From positions 6,635 to 70,634 of the forward strand of contig JAIEMT010000001.1 of assembly GCA_019751945.1 (NCBI GenBank): a stretch of 64,000 nucleotides of DNA. The letters run 5' to 3'. A program made the translations under genes and the position numbers. Shown here in pieces: positions 40,220-50,020 of the stretch (its first letter is position 1; each line of letters opens with the position of its first letter). The DNA comes from a bacterium. Its GTDB lineage: Bacteria; Bdellovibrionota; UBA1018. Under the pieces are notes generated by a model, which did not search any database, was not told the origin of the DNA, and worked only from the letters and a program-made list of their open reading frames with translations.

Positions 40220-41065
40220 CTATGGCGTCACATTGCCAGAGGCGATGAACTTTCGCAATCGATCGACAAACTCTATTCGCTTTTCAAAGGGAAGGCCGTG
40301 CCCCGTTCCTGGAAAAGTTTCGAACTGAATGCTGGGAAATTCGGCGAGATTTTTTTGTTCCTGCTCAAACTGTTCCTGCGTCCAAACGGTGCTAGTTTCG
40401 CCGCGTAAAACCAGTACAGGAATTTTTTTTGCTCCGGCTTCCCGAATCCATTCTCGGACCGAAGAGTCGCGAGCGGAATGAATGGTTTCGATCAATGCTG
40501 CGCGGTCGAAGGGGAAAATAATTTCTCCGGGTTGGCTTCCAGGTAGGGCGACGGCCATTAGGTATTGACCGATAGCGGGATCCGGAGCTTCCCGAGCCAT
40601 GAACTCGCGACCTTCGGCTCGAGTGGCAAATCGCATCGGTATCTTTTTTAGAAACTCGGCGAGATTTTCTCCCAAGCCTCCTCCCGCTACTCCCGAAAAA
40701 CCCAAATCCACTAAGACTAGGCCCTTCACCCATTCTGGTTTGAGATGCACTACAGCACAAGCGGTTCGCACCCCCATGGAGTGGCCGACCACCCAGGCGG
40801 GGTGAAAATTCTCGGCGTCGAGCGTCTCGACGATGTCGCGGCCGAATTCTAATGGCGTATATTTGGGGCGATCGCGGCCCCCGGGTTTTGCTGCAATCTG
40901 ACTTCCGCCGTGACCGCGCTGATCGAGTGCAATTAAATTGAAGTCTTTCTCAAGGCTTGCTGCAATGGGTCGCCAAAGTGAGCCGGTTCCGCCCATGCCG
41001 TGGAGGAAAATGATTTTTTCTGAACTCTCGTTAGCTTGTCCCCAACGAGAAAATGCAAGTTTCAT
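40220..41065 (-). CDS. Alpha/beta-fold hydrolase
   Basis: IIFLHGMGGTGSLW and nucleophile elbow GHSMGV. Confidence 0.75.
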   Translation of the reverse strand: MKLAFSRWGQANESSEKIIFLHGMGGTGSLWRPIAASLEKDFNLIALDQRGHGGSQIAAKPGGRDRPKYTPLEFGRDIVETLDAENFHPAWVVGHSMGVRTACAVVHLKPEWVKGLVLVDLGFSGVAGGGLGENLAEFLKKIPMRFATRAEGREFMAREAPDPAIGQYLMAVALPGSQPGEIIFPFDRAALIETIHSARDSSVREWIREAGAKKIPVLVLRGETSTVWTQEQFEQEQKNLAEFPSIQFETFPGTGHGLPFEKRIEFVDRLRKFIASGNVTP

Positions 41066-41076
41066 AGCAACTCCTC

Positions 41077-42402
41077 TTGCTGCTGGGCAGACCCTGGATT
41101 AGCATACCTCCCGTTGTGGGATCTAAAAATCAGAAAAAGCGTCAGCAGCCTCGTTCGTCTGTGCAGGCCTTTCACGAACAGATTTTTGAGGCATTAGAGC
41201 TCGGTTACGTTCTTACGGAGAAGTGTGAACTTGAGAAGGCGAAAGAAGCCTTCGTCGAGGCCCTCGATCTTTCCAAGAAGTTTAGGGATTTCCGTGCGCA
41301 GGCTGAAGCGATTTCTTGTTTGCTGTGGTTAGCTGGTGAAGCCAACGATCCTGCCTCGATCGAACATTGGGAACGAGAGCTCGATTCCTTCATTCGCACG
41401 CGCCCCAAGCATGTGCCGCCGATGGTTTGGTACTGTAAAGGCGCTATTGCTCGACACCAGAAAGAATATCGGGTTGCTCAACGCCATTTTCATCGCTACT
41501 TGCGTGGCACCATTCAAGATGGAAAAGAGAATTATCCCGCAGGCGCGCGCGTTCCAACGACTGCGACGTCGGGTGTTCTCTATTCGGCCGGTGCTCGGAC
41601 TTATGATGAAGCTGTTGCTCGCGGCTGGGCGATGTTGGCCATCGTTTTACATCAACGAGGATTCGTGGGTCGCGCCAAGTGGCTCGCACAAGAAATCTTA
41701 AGACGCTACGAAACCAAAAAGCCGCGCACAGTGATGGGCCTGCTCTATTTATTCTTGGGCAAACTTGCTGAGCTCAAACGCGAACTCAATGAAGCTGTAA
41801 AACTTTATCAGCGAGCGCATGCGAGTTTCTTGGGTGAGCACAATTGGTATTATCACCTGCACGTTCTTTATGCATACGCGCGCATCGCGCGATTGCAGCA
41901 AAATTATCCGCAGGCCTACTGGTATTTGGATTTGCTTGAGAAGGCGACTTCCGGGTCTGGATTTGGCGCCATCAAGAAAGAAATTCTGGCCGAGAAGAAT
42001 CGGTTGGAACAAGACGCTGTAGATCTTTTGATTGACGGCGAACATGGAGTGATTCGAACACGAGAAGGGGGACAGATCTCTCTTCGGAAGCAGTATGTGC
42101 TGCTCAATATTCTCGAAGCACTCTCAGAGGCTCATGGACGTGACGATCAACTGAGCCGAGGCCTGTCAAAGGCTGAGATCATCGAACGAGTTTGGAATGA
42201 GCGCTATCGACCAGAAGCGCATGACAACAAGCTCTATTACAACATCAATCGGTTGAGAAAGCTGATTGAGCCTGACATCCGAAATCCGCAGTACTTGTTG
42301 AATTGGAGAGAGGGGTATCGGTTAGCGCCGGGCCTTCGTATTCAATTCATTCACGAGATGGTCAGGCCAGAGTCGTTACAAAAATCTGAGGGGGATAGGT
42401 AA
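41077..42402 (+). CDS. Putative transcriptional regulator: TPR-like helical N-domain plus C-terminal OmpR/PhoB-type winged helix
   Basis: The C-terminus LSKAEIIERVWNERYRPEAHDNKLYYNINRLRKLIEPD...REGYRL resembles the trans_reg_C DNA-binding domain. The N-terminal 300 aa are helical and repeat-like. Confidence 0.5.
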   Translation: MLLGRPWISIPPVVGSKNQKKRQQPRSSVQAFHEQIFEALELGYVLTEKCELEKAKEAFVEALDLSKKFRDFRAQAEAISCLLWLAGEANDPASIEHWERELDSFIRTRPKHVPPMVWYCKGAIARHQKEYRVAQRHFHRYLRGTIQDGKENYPAGARVPTTATSGVLYSAGARTYDEAVARGWAMLAIVLHQRGFVGRAKWLAQEILRRYETKKPRTVMGLLYLFLGKLAELKRELNEAVKLYQRAHASFLGEHNWYYHLHVLYAYARIARLQQNYPQAYWYLDLLEKATSGSGFGAIKKEILAEKNRLEQDAVDLLIDGEHGVIRTREGGQISLRKQYVLLNILEALSEAHGRDDQLSRGLSKAEIIERVWNERYRPEAHDNKLYYNINRLRKLIEPDIRNPQYLLNWREGYRLAPGLRIQFIHEMVRPESLQKSEGDR

Positions 42403-42830
42403 TGTTACAGAAATTTTTCGGAATGGCTGCTTTACTGACAGCTGTTGTTTCGTATTCGGGTCCGGTCCGGGCCGGTGGCGGAGAAATTCCAACGCCGTTA
42501 GATGTCGGCCCTGGAAAGATGGAACTCGCTGACGGCGAAAAGTACAATCTCTACGGTCGAATCGTAACGACCACAGCAGGCGTCGTTTATTTCGAGGTGG
42601 ATTTGAACCTCCACCGCGCACTAGCGAATCAGAAACGCGTGCGCTTCCCCTACTATCCGATTGCCGATGGTTACCAGTTCGACCTTAGCCGCTTCAAAAA
42701 CAAGCTGGTGAAGATCTATGTGGAAGCCAAGATGCAAGTCTTGATGTCGACGGAAGGTGAAACGTCGCCGGTGATTTTCTTGAAGCTCTTGTCGGAGCCG
42801 CTACTTCAGACTCCGACTCACGAGATTTAA
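42402..42830 (+). CDS. Small secreted hypothetical protein
   Basis: Signal peptide MLQKFFGMAALLTAVVSYSGPVRA. Its ATG overlaps the upstream stop. Confidence 0.4.
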   Translation: MLQKFFGMAALLTAVVSYSGPVRAGGGEIPTPLDVGPGKMELADGEKYNLYGRIVTTTAGVVYFEVDLNLHRALANQKRVRFPYYPIADGYQFDLSRFKNKLVKIYVEAKMQVLMSTEGETSPVIFLKLLSEPLLQTPTHEI

Positions 42831-42836
42831 AGAGGT

Positions 42837-45800
42837 TTAGGGCGAAGAAGTCGGAAGAACTTCCCGTCCGCCTTGGGTCTGAAACCGATAGCCATTTTGC
42901 GCGAGAATCGTGCCTGTAATGGAGTCCGTACTTTCAACCAGGGCATGGGGTGGGCCGGCTGCAATGATCTCGCCCCCGTTGGTTCCCCCTCCGGGCCCGA
43001 GATCAATGACCCAATCAGCCTGAGCAATGACATCCATGTGGTGCTCAATCATGATCACGCTGTGGCGCGAGTCGACCAAGTCTTGAACCACGCCTAAGAG
43101 TTTCTTCACGTCTTCTAAGTGGAGTCCCGTGGTGGGTTCATCAAAAATATAGAGCAGGTTTTCAGACGATCGATCGTCTAAGACGGCAGCGATCTTCAGG
43201 CGCTGAGATTCTCCTCCCGAAAGAGTGGCGCCCGATTGGCCAATCTGGAGATAGCCGAGGCCGACATCCCGCAAGATTCCAAATTTTCGAATCAGAATGG
43301 GATTGTCTCGGAAAAGCTCGTAAGCCTCATCAATCGTGGTGTGCAAAAGCTGGCTGATGTCTTTGCCTCGGTACGTGATGTCCAAGACATTCTTTTTGAA
43401 TCGTTTGCCTTCACACTCTTCGCAGGGCAATCGCACTTCCGCCATGAAATGCATGTCGAGAGTGATTTCGCCCTCGCCCTTACAAACCGGGCAGCGTCCG
43501 CCGTCCACGTTGAAAGAAAAGTGTTGAGGCGTGTAGCCTCGGCGCAACGAAAGCACTTGGTTCGCGTAGATGCGACGAATTTCGTCCCAAGCTTTCAAAT
43601 ACGTCGCCGGGTTGGAGCGCGAGCTCTTTCCAATGGGAGTTTGATCTAGCATCACTACGCCACTGATTTGTTCGGCACCGTAGAGACGGTCGAAGCGACC
43701 TACCGGATCCGTTGTGCGATAAAAAAGTTTAGAAAGAGAATTGAACAGCGTTTTATGAACGAGCGAACTTTTCCCAGAACCCGAAACTCCGGTCACCACC
43801 ACGAAGCGATCGAGGGGGAATTCTGCTTCCCGAATTCGTAAATTATTTTCGCGGCAGCCCGAGAGCTTAATGAAGCGCTTCGGGGGTGGCCGGCGAGGAC
43901 GGGAATCCGAAAGCCCAAATACCCCCGACAAGTATTTTCCGGTCACGCTGCCGGGTTGTTCTTGGAGCTCTTGGCTCGTGCCCTGGGCAATCAGTTCGCC
44001 ACCTCGGCGGCCAGCTCCTGGGCCGAGTTCAATCAAGTAGTCCGCAGCTTTCATGACTTCCAAATCATGTTCCACGACCACGACCGTATTTCCCTGATCC
44101 CGCAGGCGGTGCAGAATTTTAATCAGCCGGTGCGTATCGGACTGGTGCAAGCCGATGGAGGGCTCGTCCAAAATATAGAGGGTTCCGCAGAGACCGTTTC
44201 CGAGCTGGGTAGCCAAACAGATGCGTTGAAATTCTCCACCCGAGAGAGTTTTTGCCATGCGACCCAGGGTGAGGTAGCCCACGCCCACTTCTTCTAGGAA
44301 TGAAAAACGTCTTTCGACCTGGTTTAAAATTTCCCGCGCAATCTTCTTCTCATTGGCCGAGAGTTTCAGACCGCGAATCCATTTCAAGCTGTCGGAGATG
44401 GATCGTTCCATCACTTCCGAAATCGAAGCCCCTTCGATTTTCACTGCCAACGCTTCAGGCTTTAGTCGATTGCCTTTGCAATTCGAGCAAAGGGTTTGGC
44501 TCTGATAGCGGCGAATAAAAACGCGAATGTGTAATTTGTATTTCCAGCGCTTCAGTTCTTCGAAGCAAGCCAAGATGCCGGGGAAAATATTCTTCCGCGG
44601 TTTTCCGTTCACAATGTCGACCGGGTCGCCTTCCCAAAGAAGTTTCTTTTCTAACGGAGTGAGATCGCGATAGCGCTTGCCAATTGAGATGCCGTGCTTT
44701 TCAGCGAACTGAAACATCTCGGCTTGCCAGTCTTGGTGCGAAGGCTTCGAGAAAGGATCGATGGCGCCGTTCTTTAAGGTCTTGGTGGGGTCCGGAACTA
44801 CCAAGGCTTCATCGATGTCCAGGGTGAAGCCAAACCCACTACACTTTGGACACGCGCCGATCGGACTGTTCGAAGAAAAGAGCAGCGGTTCGGGTACGCG
44901 GTGCTCGAGGCCGCAGTTCACGCAGGAAAAACGGAGGTCCATGCTCTTCCACTCGGCGTGATCGTCCGCGCCGAGATCTACAAACGCGATCGACCCTTGG
45001 CCCACCCGTAAAGCTTGTTCGATCGAATCCAAGATTCGGCTTCGACTTTCGTCGTCGATCGGGGGAGCACCCAAGCGAATTCGATCGATAATGACAAAGA
45101 GATTTCCCTGCGCCAGAGCTTCTGGCTTTAACTTCTTAAATTCTTCGGCATCGGGTTCTTGTAAATCGAGTTGTACTGCAACGAATTTTCCGTCGGCCGC
45201 TTTTTTTCGCCACACGAGGCGAGTGAACCCTTGCTCCATCAAAAGCTGAAAGAGGGTGTTGAGCGAGGCTCCTGCTGGCAGGGGTTTTTTCTTCGCCGCT
45301 TTGGGGGCTTTTTTCTTACCCTTCTTCGCGGGCGTCTCCGGCACTTCGGATTCTCGGGTTTTCAACGGCGCAGTGATGAGCGCCTTTTTTCCGGGAAGCC
45401 ATTCCAAGCCCCAGTTCAAAATATTCTCAGCGTCGAGTTTTTTGACCTCGCCTCCGCAGCGCATGCACTGAGTTTTACCGATCTTTGCGAACATCAATCG
45501 CAGGTAGTCCACGATCTCGGTTTGCGACCCGACGGTACTTCGGGAATTGATGACGTGATTGCGTTGTTCGAGAGCAATGGCAGGAGGAATATTGGCCACC
45601 GAATCGATGTCGGGCTTCGGCATCTTTTCTAAGAACTGGCGGGTATAGGTCGAAAGGCTTTCCACGTAGCGCCGTTGGCCCTCGGCATAGAGGGTGTCGA
45701 AGACCAGGGAACTCTTCCCGCTGCCGGACAGGCCCGTGACCACCGAAAGCTGCTTGGCCGGGAAGCTCACAGTGATATTTTTCAGGTTGTTCTGCCGGAC

Positions 45801-45854
45801 CCCGGTAAGTTGGATAGAGCGCAAGAGCGTCACTATACACTGAAAACTGTACAA
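42837..45854 (-). CDS. uvrA: Excinuclease ABC subunit A
   Basis: Two ABC modules (TGLSGSGKSSL and TGVSGSGKSSL; LDEPSIGLH and FDEPTTGLH) and zinc-finger Cys clusters. The ORF begins with TTG, so the true start may be the in-frame GTG a few codons downstream. Confidence 0.9.
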   Translation of the reverse strand: MYSFQCIVTLLRSIQLTGVRQNNLKNITVSFPAKQLSVVTGLSGSGKSSLVFDTLYAEGQRRYVESLSTYTRQFLEKMPKPDIDSVANIPPAIALEQRNHVINSRSTVGSQTEIVDYLRLMFAKIGKTQCMRCGGEVKKLDAENILNWGLEWLPGKKALITAPLKTRESEVPETPAKKGKKKAPKAAKKKPLPAGASLNTLFQLLMEQGFTRLVWRKKAADGKFVAVQLDLQEPDAEEFKKLKPEALAQGNLFVIIDRIRLGAPPIDDESRSRILDSIEQALRVGQGSIAFVDLGADDHAEWKSMDLRFSCVNCGLEHRVPEPLLFSSNSPIGACPKCSGFGFTLDIDEALVVPDPTKTLKNGAIDPFSKPSHQDWQAEMFQFAEKHGISIGKRYRDLTPLEKKLLWEGDPVDIVNGKPRKNIFPGILACFEELKRWKYKLHIRVFIRRYQSQTLCSNCKGNRLKPEALAVKIEGASISEVMERSISDSLKWIRGLKLSANEKKIAREILNQVERRFSFLEEVGVGYLTLGRMAKTLSGGEFQRICLATQLGNGLCGTLYILDEPSIGLHQSDTHRLIKILHRLRDQGNTVVVVEHDLEVMKAADYLIELGPGAGRRGGELIAQGTSQELQEQPGSVTGKYLSGVFGLSDSRPRRPPPKRFIKLSGCRENNLRIREAEFPLDRFVVVTGVSGSGKSSLVHKTLFNSLSKLFYRTTDPVGRFDRLYGAEQISGVVMLDQTPIGKSSRSNPATYLKAWDEIRRIYANQVLSLRRGYTPQHFSFNVDGGRCPVCKGEGEITLDMHFMAEVRLPCEECEGKRFKKNVLDITYRGKDISQLLHTTIDEAYELFRDNPILIRKFGILRDVGLGYLQIGQSGATLSGGESQRLKIAAVLDDRSSENLLYIFDEPTTGLHLEDVKKLLGVVQDLVDSRHSVIMIEHHMDVIAQADWVIDLGPGGGTNGGEIIAAGPPHALVESTDSITGTILAQNGYRFQTQGGREVLPTSSP

Positions 45855-46407
45855 ACCTTAAACAAAACAAGGTGGTAGCAGAGTGACACCGCTCTGCGTT
45901 GTGTGCTTGAAAACCCTTATGATTTTCACTGGGTAAGGTTGGAGTCCGGATTTCGCGCACCCTGGCATTCGACTTGCTTAATGCACGACCGCGAAAGGAA
46001 GTGTGCACGTGGAAGCGATTACATTACAAAGATTTGCACAAAGATTTTTCTGGTTCGGTTTTGGGCTCGCCTTAGGTGGCGTGACCATCTCGTTGGCTAT
46101 GGCTTCGGTGCCATCCAACCGGGGTGGCAAAACTCGCGTGACTGACGATACCGTCATTTACCAGAACCTTTCTGAAATCCGAGTTCCCAAAGAGAAGGCT
46201 CCGAATTTTGATTCGGACATCGAAAAGCTTTCTTCAATGGAACACCGATATAAAGAGAAGCTCCCCCCGCGATTGGTTAGCCCGATCCAGCGGATCTCTC
46301 ATCAGAAATACAAATATTCGGGAAGCAAAAGTAAAGCACCTCGCGTTTCTCGCGCGAAGTCGCTGAACTAATTTTTGGTCAGTGCAATCAGCCTGGGTAA
46401 GGCGGAT

Positions 46408-47292
46408 CTATTTGGAGGCTTTGCTTCCAGAGATGCTCTGTCTTGCCCAGCTGAAAGCCGTGTCCTTGTATTTCTTCTCTACTTTTTTAAACAAACTCTC
46501 TTGAATGCCAGTGCGAGTGAAATAATCCGCCGGGTCTTCTGATTTCATCACCATCAGAGACGCGGGTCCGCGTGCTCCGGCAAAGTCCATCGAGTTGGAC
46601 GAGTCGCCGCTGCCACTCGCAGCGCCGCCGCCGAATCCCATTGAACTTCCTAATTTATTAAACCAAGAAAGCGTGCCGCCCGCAGCGCCGCTCGCTCCTC
46701 CGCCCACTCGGGCGTTGGGAATACCGCCGGCTACTGCTTCAGAACCCGCAGCGCCGTCCACGCCTGCAGCCGTTTTCATTCCTCCGAGTTCGCTTGCACC
46801 AGAGGTCGAATTATTTGAGCTGGAGCGGTTGGAACCCGAGGTTCCCACTACACCTGCGGTTGCTCCCATTCCAGGGAGTGCACCCGTCGAGCTGCTGATG
46901 GTGTGACCACCGCTGCCTGGGCCATCTAAACTTCCGATTCCACCGGCTGTCGCCGATGCGATTTGCGCTCCGCCTTTGGCAATCTGATTGCCGGGGCCTA
47001 AGAGGCTTTCTGCAATCGAAGCGGCTTGTCTGGCGGCAGCGACAGCACCGGAGCCGGCCTTCAAGGCGTCGTTCACGCTCGTATCATCGGGTGTTTGGCT
47101 CGCGCAGTTTCCAGTGAAACTAATTTGTCGGCCCTGACCATCGCAACACTGTGCAGGAAGGGGTTTCAGCGGATTCGAGAGCGGACAGAGCCCGCCCACG
47201 CTCAAGGTCGGAATGTCTCCCCCCCTTTCGCTACACGACTGGCCGATGGCCAGAAGCAATCCTAAAAAACCCCAGCGGAAGAGTGATTTCAT
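46408..47292 (-). CDS. Secreted Gly/Ser/Ala-rich low-complexity lipoprotein
   Basis: Signal/lipobox MKSLFRWGFLGLLLAIGQSC. The rest is a long G/S/A-rich disordered region. Overlaps the upstream gene by 4 nt. Confidence 0.5.
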   Translation of the reverse strand: MKSLFRWGFLGLLLAIGQSCSERGGDIPTLSVGGLCPLSNPLKPLPAQCCDGQGRQISFTGNCASQTPDDTSVNDALKAGSGAVAAARQAASIAESLLGPGNQIAKGGAQIASATAGGIGSLDGPGSGGHTISSSTGALPGMGATAGVVGTSGSNRSSSNNSTSGASELGGMKTAAGVDGAAGSEAVAGGIPNARVGGGASGAAGGTLSWFNKLGSSMGFGGGAASGSGDSSNSMDFAGARGPASLMVMKSEDPADYFTRTGIQESLFKKVEKKYKDTAFSWARQSISGSKASK

Positions 47293-48449
47293 GATTTGTC
47301 CACCTTCCAGGGTTGAAGCATGTTCTTAAACGTCTGACGAATTTGAACCGGATAGCAAGAATTTCCGCAGCTGTTGAGACAGGATTCGCAGGCTCCTCGA
47401 TTAAATCGCGGACGCCCCCTTCGGAAAGTCACTCGGCAAGCGCCGCTGCACTGTCCACCACACTGGCTGTTACAAGCGGCGCTCACGCCTTTTTGAATTT
47501 CGTTTGAAAAGAAGGCTTCGGTATTGCCGAAGACGCGGCGGTAATCTTCACCCGCGCGGGCCATCACTTCGCAAGAAGCGAGTTGAACCGTAGCTGATTC
47601 GAGAGCCGCTCGTGCCGTACAAAGTTGCTGGGCACTTTGGCGAAGCGGACCTAAGTCCGGGTTCGCCGAGTTTGCAGCGTGTTCGAAATCTTCGACCTGA
47701 CATTTTTTGACTTCAGCGACTTGATCTGGGCCGACGTTGGCGATCAAGCGATTGGAAAGGTCTTTGGTTTTTCCGCCGAGTTCCGTGATTTCAGTCGCTA
47801 GGTCTTGGCAGCTTGCCGAGTAGGTGACTTGGTTCTGAGATTTCATTTCACCCACTACCTTATTGAGGTGGAATGCAATCATCTGAGTCCATCCGCCACG
47901 AATATAACCGGCTTCGCGACTTCCGAACTGGGCCGCTCCACCCATGATCAGACCGGTGCGGGCGCTTCGGCCTTGAATGCTCACGCGAACATTGATGAAG
48001 TTGCCGCAAGTTTCGCCGATGTGATTGACGGCGCCGCCGCTCGTGTCGCCCTCGGGTTTGTAATCATTATACTGGTGGGGCAAGAGATCGCAGACGGGCT
48101 TGCCGAAGTAGTAACCTTTGCCGCCCACGGAGTCGGCAGTGCCGCCTTCTTGGGTGCTGACTTTTTCGCCGCGACGGTAGAGCAGGTCGACGTGCGTTTT
48201 GACTTTCGTTTCTAAGTCTTTGGTGACGAGGTCGACGACGTCTCCGCACTTTTGAAGGAAGACGTTCGAACCATCGCTCGAACAAGGGAGCTTCATGACG
48301 TTGCCGTTTGCTCCAATGGCTTGGCCAAGGGGTGCACCAAAGGGTGCAACGGAACCGCTGATCGGTAAAAGTAAGAGACCGGCGACGGTAATTCCTGCTG
48401 AGGTGATCAGCGTGCGAGTCCCACCAGTCCGAAATGAAAAGAATTTCAT
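47289..48449 (-). CDS. Secreted Cys-rich hypothetical protein
   Basis: Start trimmed to MKFFSF (48449). Signal peptide. 20 or more Cys, including the C-terminal CNSQCGGQCSGACR...CESCLNSCGNSC. Confidence 0.5.
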   Translation of the reverse strand: MKFFSFRTGGTRTLITSAGITVAGLLLLPISGSVAPFGAPLGQAIGANGNVMKLPCSSDGSNVFLQKCGDVVDLVTKDLETKVKTHVDLLYRRGEKVSTQEGGTADSVGGKGYYFGKPVCDLLPHQYNDYKPEGDTSGGAVNHIGETCGNFINVRVSIQGRSARTGLIMGGAAQFGSREAGYIRGGWTQMIAFHLNKVVGEMKSQNQVTYSASCQDLATEITELGGKTKDLSNRLIANVGPDQVAEVKKCQVEDFEHAANSANPDLGPLRQSAQQLCTARAALESATVQLASCEVMARAGEDYRRVFGNTEAFFSNEIQKGVSAACNSQCGGQCSGACRVTFRRGRPRFNRGACESCLNSCGNSCYPVQIRQTFKNMLQPWKVDKS

Positions 48450-48611
48450 CTGGGATCCCCTTTTCCCAAAAAAAGTAACGTGAGCCTCTACCCCAAAAAA
48501 CATAAGAGGCTTACATTGATTGTAATGGAACCCGTTTTAATTGACAATATTAGTCTGAAAATAGGTTTGAAAGGCCGGGGAGTGTCTGGTCAGACACAGG
48601 GGATAGTCGCC

Positions 48612-49175
48612 ATGAAAGCTGCCATGAAGCTTAAAATCCAGCTCATCACCTTATTGGGGTCATTGGGGCTATTTTTAACCGGAATCCCCCTCGGATGGGC
48701 AGCTCCGGGTGACCAACTGCGTCTTACTCAGGCCGAGGCCGCAGTCGCAAAAGCCCGCCGCGAATACTTCAATGCCCTCAAACAGAACCCCGGAATGAGC
48801 GCCGCCGACCAAGAATCTCTGCGCAAGCGAACCGTCGACCCCGCCAATGAAAACCTGAACAAGATTGTGAGCGAGATCGAAAAGTCCGCGGTCGATGCGT
48901 ATACGAAGCCAGCTGACCGAAACAAGCCGGAAGACCAGTTTCTTTTCCAGGAACCCAAGGCACCCTCAGAGGGAGAAGGGGATGATGAAGCCCCCGAAGG
49001 TCTAAAGCCCCCGGCCCCAACCGCGTCGGCTCTGCCCAGTACGCCTCCAGACAAGAAGAACGAGCCTAAAATCACGGTCGGCCCAAAGGGGAAGAAGGCG
49101 CCCGAGGCCGTCGTCATCGATGGCAGCAACGTGCCGAGCGAAATCACTTTCGAAAAGAAGCCCAAAAAGCCTTAA
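48612..49175 (+). CDS. Secreted hypothetical protein with a Pro/Lys/Glu-rich C-terminus
   Basis: Start trimmed to MKAAMKLKIQLITLLGSLGLFLTGIPLGWA (AGGGGA SD upstream). No family recognised. Confidence 0.45.
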   Translation: MKAAMKLKIQLITLLGSLGLFLTGIPLGWAAPGDQLRLTQAEAAVAKARREYFNALKQNPGMSAADQESLRKRTVDPANENLNKIVSEIEKSAVDAYTKPADRNKPEDQFLFQEPKAPSEGEGDDEAPEGLKPPAPTASALPSTPPDKKNEPKITVGPKGKKAPEAVVIDGSNVPSEITFEKKPKKP

Positions 49176-49219
49176 CCGACTCATTTGGTCTTTGTTTTTC
49201 TATAGCAGAAGTGTAATAA

Positions 49220-49678
49220 GTGGACGTGATGTTGAAGATCTACTTTGCTCTCACCGCTCTGCTCCCCGCAGTAGCCCTGGCTAGTCCGATGACCTACGAA
49301 ATCAAGGTAGCTTCGCCGTGCTTTCAGCCGAATGTAGATCCCCGCGAGTTCAATACTTTATTTCAGCGGTTTGATAACTGGGACGAAGCGAATGGTTACT
49401 TTGAGCGCTTGAAAGACGTGCTTGCTCGAAACTATTGTCGCCCTGAGCCGAGCTGCACTGCTGAGGTGCACGGTCGTGTTTTTCCAGCCTTGAAGAGTGA
49501 CCCGGCTCCGAATGGGTACTCGACTCGTGTGGTTTGGGTGAACTGCGTTCAGAAAACGCCCTGTCAGGTGACCGAGGCAGAGTACTACGCCTACTACGGA
49601 AGTTTGGGCGGGGGCTACGGCCCGACCCGACCCACCGGTCCACTCATTCCAGCCCGTTGCCAGCCTCGGTACCCTTAA
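49220..49678 (+). CDS. Small secreted Cys-containing hypothetical protein
   Basis: Signal peptide MLKIYFALTALLPAVALA. 6 Cys. Confidence 0.45.
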   Translation: MDVMLKIYFALTALLPAVALASPMTYEIKVASPCFQPNVDPREFNTLFQRFDNWDEANGYFERLKDVLARNYCRPEPSCTAEVHGRVFPALKSDPAPNGYSTRVVWVNCVQKTPCQVTEAEYYAYYGSLGGGYGPTRPTGPLIPARCQPRYP

Positions 49679-49795
49679 GTCGAGGGTGAGACGGCGAAGA
49701 TCTCTCCCCCCACTAATATGGCAGTGAGTCAAATCACTGGGAGCTCTGATAGAAGTCCCCCCAGACGGGGATTCACGTTCCCATTTCCCCCCCCC

Positions 49796-49870
49796 TTCGC
49801 CTTTGGTTGGGTTTGGTTGGTTTCTAAAAGAGGAGTCCTCCCGTCCCAACCAAACCCAACCAAAGGCGAG
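49796..49870. ncRNA. Perfect 23-24-bp inverted repeat (CGCCTTTGGTTGGGTTTGGTTGG / CCAACCAAACCCAACCAAAGGCG) with a 25-nt loop containing a nested GAGGAgTCCTC mini-hairpin
   Basis: Seen directly in the 340-nt non-coding leader upstream of ahcY. It is not followed by a U-tract, so it is not a canonical terminator. Assigning it to an RNA is inference. Confidence 0.5.
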
Positions 49871-50020
49871 AGGGTCGGGAATTGCAGAGGCTTGGGGGAG
49901 TTGCCTGCTAATGGATGACTCAATGAGCTTAGATTGGTGAGCTTCCCTGCTTTGTTCCCGCTTGATCCGCCTGGGTAACTCCGCTAAGACACTTAGAAAC
50001 CTATTTTATAAGGAGCTTCT

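Noticed and set aside
45855-46002. Possible SOS (LexA) box upstream of uvrA
   Set aside because: I looked for a TTAC-N3-GTAA-type or GGTT-N10-ACC-type palindrome. I found only a weak 6-bp inverted repeat, TGAAAA-N9-TTTTCA, at 45908..45928. That is not enough to call a LexA operator.
46003-46371. 122-aa plus-strand ORF with one hydrophobic segment, divergent from uvrA
   Set aside because: It starts with GTG, has no clear RBS, and is partly overlapped by other spurious ORFs. A small membrane protein is possible but unsupported, so I kept it out of the feature list.
49718-49923. Two mirror-image 62-66-aa ORFs on opposite strands in the ahcY leader
   Set aside because: They are generated by the perfect 24-bp inverted repeat (each strand reads the same PNPTKGE peptide), so they are a structural artefact rather than genes.
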